This document shows, in pieces, positions 45,736-53,561 of a DNA stretch of 64,000 nt. This DNA comes from Clostridia bacterium (lineage in GTDB: Bacteria; Bacillota; Clostridia; Oscillospirales; CAG-272): positions 4,419 through 68,418 of the forward strand of contig JAFZPN010000038.1 in the NCBI GenBank assembly GCA_017550315.1, given 5' to 3'. Each line of letters opens with the position of its first letter. Within the stretch, counting starts at the first letter, position 1. The notes under the pieces were generated by a model. The model saw nothing but the letters and a program-made list of their open reading frames with translations, searched no databases and was not told where the DNA came from. Both the position numbers and the translations under genes were made by a program.

Positions 45736-47622
45736 ATGAAATGCCTGCTTCTCGCGAATGACTGTTCCGATTTTTCCCGCGTGCTCGAGAGCTGCGGGAT
45801 CGAGATTGTCCGGATGACGTTCGAGGATGCGCTGTGCGCGGATGTCACGCCCTATGACGCCTATGTGATCTTCGGCGCATCCCGGGTCCTCGATCCCCGG
45901 CTCCGCATCCGGCTGGAGGAGGAATGCGCGAAGGGAAAACGGTTCCTGACCGAAGCCCTCGGCAGCTGGCGCGGGATCTACTCGGCCCCGCCGGTCGTCA
46001 CCACGTCCCGCCGTCTGGTCGTCGTCTCCGAAGAGGAGGAGATCCCGGGTCTCTCCGTCGGGGATCTGCTCGACGACGGCAGCAACCGCATGACCCAGCC
46101 CTACTATCTCATCCCGGGCGTGAAGATGCTCCTCGCCTACCGGGATCACATCATTGCCCACCGCCATTGGAATGCCGATCCGGAGGAGATGCGGAAGGGC
46201 AGCGTCCCCGGCCTCTGGACCGTCGGCGACAATCTGATGATGACCTCCTTCGTGTTCCACAACTTCAATCGCGCGCGTCTCTCCCCACGGGAGGCATGGC
46301 GTAGGCTCATCGTCTTCCTCGTGAAGTGGATCACGGGGCGGGAACCTGCATGGTTCCCCGAACCAGTTGTGCGCTTCGGGGTCCCCGAGGATCTTACGGA
46401 CGACGCCGTTTTCGCGCGGTGCCGGCAGGAAGCTGTCGAGCACGGGATCCGCTGGCTCGAGCGATATTTGATCGACGAAGGACGCGGCGGCATCCGGGAA
46501 GGACTGCGCCACGACATCGATCCCGAAGGGAATCAGGCTACCGCCGACGGTGTGCGGACGGACTGCACCGGAGAGGCGGCAGGCGCGTTCCGGTTTTACG
46601 GCGCGCGGAAGGGGGACGGGAAAGCAGCGGCGATCGCGGACAATCTGACGGAGCTCGTCTTCGGCCCCATGATGGAGAAGGGCGGCCTGTTCGACGGGAT
46701 GCTTCGCTGGACGGACACGGCGTGGGAGGTCTGCTATCAGGACGACGCGGCCCGCGCGATGCTCCCGGCGCTGTATAACTGCCTGTTCCTCGGCGACAAC
46801 CGGGACTTTCCCGCCGTCTGCCGGGCGCTCGATTTTCTCGTGAAGACCACCGCGAAGGACGGATGCCGCGTCTCCCGCACCGATGCGCCGAACTTGAACG
46901 AAGAGAGCTTCCGCGCGCTTGCCGAAGCAGAACACGGCCATCCCTCCGCGCACTACAACGCCTACTATCACGCCGCCCTGCTGCTCGCTTACCGGATCGG
47001 CGGGAACCCGACCTATCTCGATGTCGGACGGCGCGGGCTCGAGACCATCATGGCGCTCTATCCCGACACGAAGCGGGAGCAGAGCGAAACGGAAGAGCAG
47101 TGCCGCCTGATCTTGCCGCTTGCCGCACTCTACGGCGCGACGGGAGAGGAGAAGCACCGCGCAATGCTGTATCGCGTGACGGACGATCTCGTGACGCACA
47201 TGCATCCGACGGGCGGCATTTCGGAATGGGACACGGGCTACCGGGCGAACTGCTCCCGCGAATCCCGCGGCGAATGCTCGCTTCTGACGGAAAACGGGGA
47301 CCCCGTAGCGGATCTCCTGTATGCGACGAACTGGCTGCCCGTCGGGTTTGCCTATGCCTATCACGTGACCGGGGACGAACGGTTCCGCAGTCTGTGGCGG
47401 GACGTCGCCGCGTTCTGCATCCGGGCGCAGCTCCGCTCGGACGATCCGAAGACCGACGGGTCATGGTGCCGCGCGTTTGACATGGAACTCGGCGAAGCAT
47501 ACGGCTGTCCGCACGACGTGGGCTGGGCGGCGAACTGCAGCGAATCCGGCTGGACGGACGCCGAGATCCTCATGGGCCTGATGATGCCGGAGATCCTCTC
47601 CCGCGCGGAGAAGCGCCGGTAA
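45736..47622 (+). CDS. Hypothetical two-domain protein (628 aa): small alpha/beta N-domain plus helical (alpha/alpha-toroid-like) C-domain
   Basis: SD AAGGAG (7 nt). The N-terminus MKCLLLANDCSDFSRVLESCGIEIV looks like a flavodoxin/GATase-like strand-helix start. The C-terminal ~350 aa are rich in helix pairs with Trp/Tyr/His (HYNAYYHAALLLAY, NWLPVGFAYAYHVTGD), as in (alpha/alpha)6 glycosidases or lyases. The antisense 572-aa ORF is rejected. Confidence 0.55.
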   Translation: MKCLLLANDCSDFSRVLESCGIEIVRMTFEDALCADVTPYDAYVIFGASRVLDPRLRIRLEEECAKGKRFLTEALGSWRGIYSAPPVVTTSRRLVVVSEEEEIPGLSVGDLLDDGSNRMTQPYYLIPGVKMLLAYRDHIIAHRHWNADPEEMRKGSVPGLWTVGDNLMMTSFVFHNFNRARLSPREAWRRLIVFLVKWITGREPAWFPEPVVRFGVPEDLTDDAVFARCRQEAVEHGIRWLERYLIDEGRGGIREGLRHDIDPEGNQATADGVRTDCTGEAAGAFRFYGARKGDGKAAAIADNLTELVFGPMMEKGGLFDGMLRWTDTAWEVCYQDDAARAMLPALYNCLFLGDNRDFPAVCRALDFLVKTTAKDGCRVSRTDAPNLNEESFRALAEAEHGHPSAHYNAYYHAALLLAYRIGGNPTYLDVGRRGLETIMALYPDTKREQSETEEQCRLILPLAALYGATGEEKHRAMLYRVTDDLVTHMHPTGGISEWDTGYRANCSRESRGECSLLTENGDPVADLLYATNWLPVGFAYAYHVTGDERFRSLWRDVAAFCIRAQLRSDDPKTDGSWCRAFDMELGEAYGCPHDVGWAANCSESGWTDAEILMGLMMPEILSRAEKRR

Positions 47623-47643
47623 ACGATCGAAAGGAGCGACAAC

Positions 47644-49077
47644 ATGTATTTAAGACATCTTTATCCCGCCCCGAAATCCTTCCGCGAGGACGAATCCGTG
47701 CGGTTCTGCTTCGGCGCGCACGTCACGGCCCGGGTGAGCGGACTTTCCCCGGCCTCTGCTGAGCGGGTCAGGGCGCTTTGGCATCGGTTCTGCTGCGACG
47801 CGTCCGATCTCGCCTGTATCCCCGGCGGCGAAGGATTTTGCTTCACCGTAGGAGAGACGTGCACCGCGCTTTCCGACGGAGATCGCTATGCGATTTGCGC
47901 CGATGCGTCCGGCGTCGCGGTGACGGCAGCGGACGAGGCCTCGCTGTTATATGGGATCGAAACCCTTGTGCAGCTGATCTGTCCCGACGATCTGACCGAG
48001 GGCAGGGAAGCCTTCTATATCTCGTCCGCCGAGGTACACGACGCCCCCGCGACCCCCTTCCGCGCCGTGCATTTCTGTCTCTTCCCGGACACGAAATTAT
48101 ACAATATCGAGAAGGCGATCAACCTCGCGGGATTCTTCAAGATGACCCACGTGATTCTCGAATTCTGGGGGACCTTCCCCTATGCCTGCGAGCCCGCCCT
48201 TGCGTGGAAGGACCGGTCCTTTTCGCGCTCGGAGCTGAAGAGCCTCGTCGATCTGGCGAGAAGCTGGGGCATGGAGGTCATTCCGATGTCGAATCAGTTC
48301 GGCCACGCCACACAGTCCCGCGGAGGCTACGGCCGGCATGTCCTTTTGAACCGCAATCCGCGGCTTTCGCGCCTCTTTGAGCCGGACGGCTGGACATGGT
48401 GCCTCTCGAACCCGGATACCTACAAGCTGCTCGCCGAAATGCGGGCGGAGCTCATCGATTTCTGCGGACCCGGCGGGTATTTCCACCTCGGATTCGACGA
48501 GGCATACTCCTATGCGACCTGCGACCGGTGCCGGAAGCGCGTCCCGCATGAGCTGCTCGCCGAATTCCTCAACCGCCTGACCGAGGACGTGTGCGGGACG
48601 GGCCGCCGTCCCATCGTCTGGCACGATCAGTTCCTCCGCCGCTCCGATTTCGGAGAGGGTCCCATTGTGGCGAACGGGGACAACCGGAACACGGCCGCCG
48701 CCCTCGATCTGCTCGACAGGAGGATCATCATGGCGGACTGGCAGTACGACTACCGGGACGGCTTCAACGTCACGACCTCCGTGCTGATGAACAAAGGATT
48801 CGACACCGTCGTCTGCCCGTGGGACAACCGGGAGAACATCCGCTCCCTCGCCGCCGACGCGAAAAAACTCGGTGCGTACGGCATCATCCTCACGACCTGG
48901 GATCATCTTCCGGCATGGCTGCGCGACGCGTCCTTTGCCGCCGGATGCGTCTGGGGAGAGGGCGAGGAAAACCCGCCGCATTCCTCCACCGAGAGCGCCT
49001 GCCTGCTCCGGCGTCTGTACGATGCGGACGGCAGCTTTGAAAAATCCGGCTGGAATCTCAACGAAGTCCTGCAATAA
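47644..49077 (+). CDS. GH20-like (beta-N-acetylhexosaminidase-like) TIM-barrel protein (477 aa)
   Basis: FRAVHFCLF...KMTHVILEFW..., MEVIPMSNQFGHA and YFHLGFDEAY parallel the GH20 strand motifs (R-x-x-x-D, H-x-H, IPE-x-D-x-PGH, H-x-GGDE) with substitutions. No signal peptide. Confidence 0.55.
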   Translation: MYLRHLYPAPKSFREDESVRFCFGAHVTARVSGLSPASAERVRALWHRFCCDASDLACIPGGEGFCFTVGETCTALSDGDRYAICADASGVAVTAADEASLLYGIETLVQLICPDDLTEGREAFYISSAEVHDAPATPFRAVHFCLFPDTKLYNIEKAINLAGFFKMTHVILEFWGTFPYACEPALAWKDRSFSRSELKSLVDLARSWGMEVIPMSNQFGHATQSRGGYGRHVLLNRNPRLSRLFEPDGWTWCLSNPDTYKLLAEMRAELIDFCGPGGYFHLGFDEAYSYATCDRCRKRVPHELLAEFLNRLTEDVCGTGRRPIVWHDQFLRRSDFGEGPIVANGDNRNTAAALDLLDRRIIMADWQYDYRDGFNVTTSVLMNKGFDTVVCPWDNRENIRSLAADAKKLGAYGIILTTWDHLPAWLRDASFAAGCVWGEGEENPPHSSTESACLLRRLYDADGSFEKSGWNLNEVLQ

Positions 49078-49136
49078 AACCCCTGCCGCCCGGGAATCCG
49101 TCACGGCACGCGAAAAGCAGAAAGAGAGGATCCATC

Positions 49137-50162
49137 ATGACAAGAGAAGAGGTTCGCGCGGCCATCCGGTTCGGAACTCCGCCGCGTCCGCCCCGCGCGT
49201 TCACCAAATGGTGGGGAGAGGGACTCGGGGAACAGTACGGAGCCGCGCTCTCCCGGTTTGACCGCTATGAGGAGGACGTCACGGTCGTCCCGTTTCCGTG
49301 TCCGTCCTTCACGCCGCGGGACGACGGGTTTTACTGGCGGCTGCCGACGATCGACCGTTCCCGCATGACGGGGATGGATTCCGCCGCCGCGCTCCCCGAC
49401 TGGGACGATCTCCCGGCCCTGCTCGCCGCTCTGCCCGATACGGACGCCCCCGGACTCTTTGACGACGCTGCGCGGATGGCAGAAGAGGCGCGGGCACAGG
49501 GACGGTATGTCCTGATCCACCACTGGTCCCTCATGTACGAGCGGATCTGGAACTTCCGCGGGATGGAGACCCTCATGATGGACTATTACGACTATCCCGA
49601 TGAGGTCCACGCTCTGCACCGCGCCATCTGCGACACGGAGATCAAGCTGTTCCGCCGGGCCATGCGCGAGGTGAAGCCGGACGGCTACATGATCAGCGAC
49701 GACCTCGGCACACAGAAAGCCCTCATGATGAGCCCCTCCACCTTCCGGGAATTCATCAAGCCCTATTACCGGGAGCTCTGGGGACTGGTGCGCGGATGCG
49801 ACGTGGACGTCTGGCTGCACACCTGCGGCAACATCACGGAGATCATCGGCGATCTCATCGAATGCGGGCTCTCCGTCCTGCACCCGATCCAGAAGCACAC
49901 GATGGACTGGGACGAGGTGGCGGCAAAGTGGAAGGGAAAGGTCGCGTTCTGGGTCGGGATGGACGTGCAGGACACGCTCATCAACGGGACCCCGGAGGAC
50001 GTCCGGCGCGAGGTGCGGCTCATGCGCGACACGTTCGACTCTCCGGCGGGCGGCTTTCTGTACGCGGCGGGGAACGGCATCGTACGAGGAACGCCGCTTG
50101 AGAACATCGAGGCCTTCCTCTCCGAATGCCTGACATACGGAAACGACGGAGAGATGCAATGA
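49137..50162 (+). CDS. URO-D superfamily protein, MtaA/MT2-like short form (341 aa)
   Basis: VWLHTCGNITEIIGDLIECGLSVLHPIQ (H-x-C-G) and the C-terminal GGFLYAAGNGIVRGTPLENIEAF match the URO-D/methylcobamide-methyltransferase barrel. Paralog of 52463-53452. Confidence 0.65.
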   Translation: MTREEVRAAIRFGTPPRPPRAFTKWWGEGLGEQYGAALSRFDRYEEDVTVVPFPCPSFTPRDDGFYWRLPTIDRSRMTGMDSAAALPDWDDLPALLAALPDTDAPGLFDDAARMAEEARAQGRYVLIHHWSLMYERIWNFRGMETLMMDYYDYPDEVHALHRAICDTEIKLFRRAMREVKPDGYMISDDLGTQKALMMSPSTFREFIKPYYRELWGLVRGCDVDVWLHTCGNITEIIGDLIECGLSVLHPIQKHTMDWDEVAAKWKGKVAFWVGMDVQDTLINGTPEDVRREVRLMRDTFDSPAGGFLYAAGNGIVRGTPLENIEAFLSECLTYGNDGEMQ

Positions 50163-50650
50163 AACGGGAACAGAAAACGATCCGCCTCCTCTTCGTCTGC
50201 TGGGGCAATATCTGCCGCAGTCCGATGGCGGAGTTCATCATGAAGGATCTCGTTCAGAGCGCGGGCCGTGCAGACGACTTTGTCATCGCGTCCGCGGCGA
50301 CCAGCGACGAGGAGATCGGATGGGGAGGCGTCGGGAATCCGGTCTATCCCCCGGCACAGAAGATCCTCGCCTCCCACGGCCTCGACTGCGGGAACAAGCG
50401 CGCCCGCCAGATGACCCGCTCCGATTATGAGAAGTGGGATCTTCTGATCGGCATGGAAGAGATGAACCTTCGATACATGAAAGAAATATGCGGCGGGGAT
50501 CCGGCAGGTAAGATCCGGCGGCTCCTCGACTGGAGCACCGATCCGCGCGACATTGCCGATCCGTGGTTCACGGGCGATTTTGAATCGACGTGGCGGGACA
50601 TTTCGGAGGGCTGCGCCGCGCTCTTTGCCGCACTGACGAAAGGAGCATGA
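50159..50650 (+). CDS. Low-molecular-weight protein tyrosine phosphatase (163 aa)
   Basis: P-loop LFVCWGNICRSPMAE (C-x5-R-S) and a DPW general-acid motif (IADPWFTGDF). The ATG overlaps the upstream stop (ATGA at 50159-50162). Confidence 0.85.
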   Translation: MKREQKTIRLLFVCWGNICRSPMAEFIMKDLVQSAGRADDFVIASAATSDEEIGWGGVGNPVYPPAQKILASHGLDCGNKRARQMTRSDYEKWDLLIGMEEMNLRYMKEICGGDPAGKIRRLLDWSTDPRDIADPWFTGDFESTWRDISEGCAALFAALTKGA

Positions 50651-50651
50651 C

Positions 50652-51026
50652 GTGGCCTCAACAAACGGATTTCTCGAATTTGTCCTCGAACAGCTTTCCC
50701 CGCTCGGCGACGTCTCCGCCCGGGCGATGATGGGGGAATACGTGCTGTACTGCCATGGCCGCGTGATCGGCGGGGTGTATGACGACCGCTTTCTCGTGAA
50801 GCAGACGGAGAACGCCCTGCGGATCCTGCGGGAAGAGGACGCCCCGATCGAATATGACATTCCCTACGAAGGCGCGAAGCCCATGCTTGTCGCGGACGTG
50901 GACGACCGGGAGCTGACCTGCCGGATCGTCGAAGCGGCGGCGGGCGATCTTCCCGCTCCGAAGAAAAAGGCGGGAAAAAAGAAAAAAGCCGGTGCGGCCG
51001 AAGCGGACGATTCACCGATCTCCTAA
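50652..51026 (+). CDS. TfoX/Sxy N-terminal-domain protein with Lys-rich tail (124 aa)
   Basis: GTG start 6 nt after AGGAG. FLEFVLEQLSPLGDVSARAMMGEYVLYCHGRVIGGVYDDRFLVK matches the TfoX_N pattern (...MFGgyglY..g..fa.i.dd.LylK). The C-terminus reads PAPKKKAGKKKKAG. Confidence 0.65.
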   Translation: MASTNGFLEFVLEQLSPLGDVSARAMMGEYVLYCHGRVIGGVYDDRFLVKQTENALRILREEDAPIEYDIPYEGAKPMLVADVDDRELTCRIVEAAAGDLPAPKKKAGKKKKAGAAEADDSPIS

Positions 51027-51060
51027 ATCTAAATCAACACGCAGAGGAGGATTTCACGGT

Positions 51061-52437
51061 ATGGAAGGCAAGTTCAATTACGACTACGCAAGGACGATGT
51101 GGATGAAGATGTATCTGGCGACGCCGGATTTTCCTCACGGCACGTCCGATGTCAAAATCAACTTCGAGCAGGCGCTCGGCATCATTAAGACGGTCGACGC
51201 GCTCACGCAGGGGATCACGAAGATCCTTTATCTCGTCGGCTGGCAGGGCCTCGGACACGACGACTGCTATCCGGAGATGCACAAGGTCAACGATTTTCTG
51301 AAACGGGACTGCGACCGCGACGGGCGGGAAGGCCTGCTCTGGCTGATCGCGGAGGCGAAGAAATATCACACGGTTGTCAGCGTCCACGGCAACCTCGCCG
51401 ATGAGTACGGCGACAACGAATCCCATGCGGATTTCGTCCGGGAAAACGCCATCGTGAAGCACCCGGACGGGGAATCGGCGGTCATCGAAGTCTTCAACGG
51501 GCGCAACGCCTATAAGGTCTCCTACAAGCAGTTCTGGGAAAGCGGGCTGTTCAAAAAGTACTGGGAGAAATTCCTCGAAACCGTTCCGGTCCGCGAGGCG
51601 GGGACGGTGCACCTCGACAATTTCTGCATCGCGGAGAACTTTTATCCCCGCACGACCGTGGAAGAGCAGGATGCCGCGCGCTGTGCCATCCTCGACTACA
51701 TCCGCGCGGAGGGGATCGACGTGACGTCCGAGTATCCCTACCGTGAACTGCTGCTCCGCGCCGACGATCCCGGCCATCCGATCCGCCGCTTCTACGCGCA
51801 GCACGTCGATGAGCTTCCCGTCGGTTCGTGGAAGGACGCCCCGATCCGCACCCTCGGCAGGATCGCTGCGACGTGGTGGACGAGCTGCATGACGCCCGAG
51901 GAATGCGTCTCCATTCCGCCGTCCCTCTACGGCGGCCACCTGACGGACAGCGCGCTCGGCGCGGTCTTTTACGGGACCATGCACGGCGAGGACATCTGGA
52001 TGTCGCACGGCATCCGCCCGGAAGACTGGGTTCCCCCCTTCCTGCGCGAGTTCTGCACGTATCAGCTCCCGTATCTCTATCTCAACCGGTACGCACGGAC
52101 GGGGATCGAGAAACAGGCGGACGGCAGCTACATCGCGCGCTTTTCGGACGGCATCGAGACCCGCGGGGCGGACCGGTCCATCCGGAAAAACGGGATCGTC
52201 GTCAAGCAGGGCGGGGATGTCATTCTGCCGCTCACGGACGACAACCGCACCTATATCGCCTATTCGGCGGACGGCTTCTCGGGCCGCTGGAATCTCCCCG
52301 ACGCAGCATTCACGTCCGGGACCGTCTGGGATATTACCGCCGAAGGAAACCGTTTCCTTGCGCCTTTGATGGTCGAGGACGGCGGGATCACGCTTTACCT
52401 GAAGCCGGGAGAAGCCGTCGTGATCCTCGCGGACTGA
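51061..52437 (+). CDS. GH101/GH129-like (endo-alpha-N-acetylgalactosaminidase-family-like) protein (458 aa)
   Basis: KILYLVGWQGLGHDDCYPEMHKVN matches the LVGWQ..GHD..YP strand motif I associate with GH101/GH129 catalytic barrels. No signal peptide. Confidence 0.5.
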   Translation: MEGKFNYDYARTMWMKMYLATPDFPHGTSDVKINFEQALGIIKTVDALTQGITKILYLVGWQGLGHDDCYPEMHKVNDFLKRDCDRDGREGLLWLIAEAKKYHTVVSVHGNLADEYGDNESHADFVRENAIVKHPDGESAVIEVFNGRNAYKVSYKQFWESGLFKKYWEKFLETVPVREAGTVHLDNFCIAENFYPRTTVEEQDAARCAILDYIRAEGIDVTSEYPYRELLLRADDPGHPIRRFYAQHVDELPVGSWKDAPIRTLGRIAATWWTSCMTPEECVSIPPSLYGGHLTDSALGAVFYGTMHGEDIWMSHGIRPEDWVPPFLREFCTYQLPYLYLNRYARTGIEKQADGSYIARFSDGIETRGADRSIRKNGIVVKQGGDVILPLTDDNRTYIAYSADGFSGRWNLPDAAFTSGTVWDITAEGNRFLAPLMVEDGGITLYLKPGEAVVILAD

Positions 52438-52462
52438 GAAAGACGATCGGAAAGGGAAAACC

Positions 52463-53452
52463 ATGACAAGATACGAACGGGTCAAAGCCGCCCTTGCGCA
52501 CCGCACGCCGGACCGCGTCCCCTCCTGCATCCACCTCGCGGGCGACGGTCAGCAGGCATATTTCGGGAAGCTCTACGACCGGTACGTCACGGGAGAACTG
52601 CGCGAAAAGCAGAAGGCCGGGCTGATCTCCTACGCCAACGCGATCTATTACGGCATGGGGAACCATGTGCTCCCCGTCGGATGCCCGTGGTGGGGGTGGA
52701 AGGATCTCCCGCCGGAATACGGATACGAGGAAGCGCCGGGATTCTTGCCGAAGACCGTGGGATACGGGAGCTACGAAGGCTTCGCCGCGGAGGTCCGGAA
52801 CCTGAAGGAAAACACCGACGCCTACGTCCTCGTGACGATCTGGGGCAGCCATTTCGAGAAGGCCAATTTCGCCCGCGGGATCGAAAACTTCCTCGCCGAT
52901 CTCGCCGCAGATCCGGAATACGCGCAGTCGATGCTCGATTTCATCATCCATAAGAACCTCGTGATGCTCGAGAACATCGTGAACATCCCCGGCATCGACG
53001 GCATCCTCCTCGGCAGCGACTGGGGATCCCAGCGCGATCTTCTCATGTCCCCGTCCACCTGGCGGACGATGATTCGGCCCGGCGAGGAGCGGGAATACAA
53101 GATCATCAAGGACGCGGGGCTCGACGTGTGGATCCACTCCTGCGGCGATATCCGCAAGATCATGCCCGATCTCTACGACATGGGAATCGACGCGCTCAAC
53201 CCCGTCCAGCCGGAGTGCATGGACATCTATGAGCTCAAGGACCGCTACGGCGACCGGATCACCTTCTGGGGCGGCATCAGCACCCAGCGGACACTCCCGT
53301 ACGGAACGCCCGAGGACGTGAAGCGTGAAGCGCGGGAGATCGCCGCTTACATGGGCCGGGACGGCGGGTACATCCTCGCGCCGTCGCAGGAGATCCAGGC
53401 CGACGTGCCCTACGAAAACCTCTGCGCGCTGATCGAAGCGGCGGAGGAGTGA
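52463..53452 (+). CDS. URO-D superfamily protein, MtaA/MT2-like short form (329 aa)
   Basis: VWIHSCGDIRKIMPDLYDMGIDALNPVQ (H-x-C-G), ITFWGGISTQRTLPYGTPEDVKREAREI and GGYILAPSQEIQADVPYENLCALIEA together form a typical URO-D/MtaA-like C-terminal half. Confidence 0.7.
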   Translation: MTRYERVKAALAHRTPDRVPSCIHLAGDGQQAYFGKLYDRYVTGELREKQKAGLISYANAIYYGMGNHVLPVGCPWWGWKDLPPEYGYEEAPGFLPKTVGYGSYEGFAAEVRNLKENTDAYVLVTIWGSHFEKANFARGIENFLADLAADPEYAQSMLDFIIHKNLVMLENIVNIPGIDGILLGSDWGSQRDLLMSPSTWRTMIRPGEEREYKIIKDAGLDVWIHSCGDIRKIMPDLYDMGIDALNPVQPECMDIYELKDRYGDRITFWGGISTQRTLPYGTPEDVKREAREIAAYMGRDGGYILAPSQEIQADVPYENLCALIEAAEE

Positions 53453-53489
53453 CGAAAAAGACACGGCACAGAATACGCAGCAAGAAAAC

Positions 53490-53535
53490 GGCTGCCGCAT
53501 GCAACCGATAGAGGGAAATGCGGCAGCCATTCTTT
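53490..53535. terminator. Hairpin terminator between convergent units
   Basis: 11-bp perfect stem GGCTGCCGCAT/ATGCGGCAGCC (53490-53500 with 53518-53528) and a 17-nt loop. AAAA upstream and ATTCTTTCT downstream. Confidence 0.55.
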
Positions 53536-53561
53536 CTGTCATCGTTTTGTTGGAGCTTTGA

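Noticed and set aside
45646-47364. 572-aa minus-strand ORF
   Set aside because: It is antisense to the 628-aa plus-strand gene, which has the promoter, the SD and a protein-like composition.
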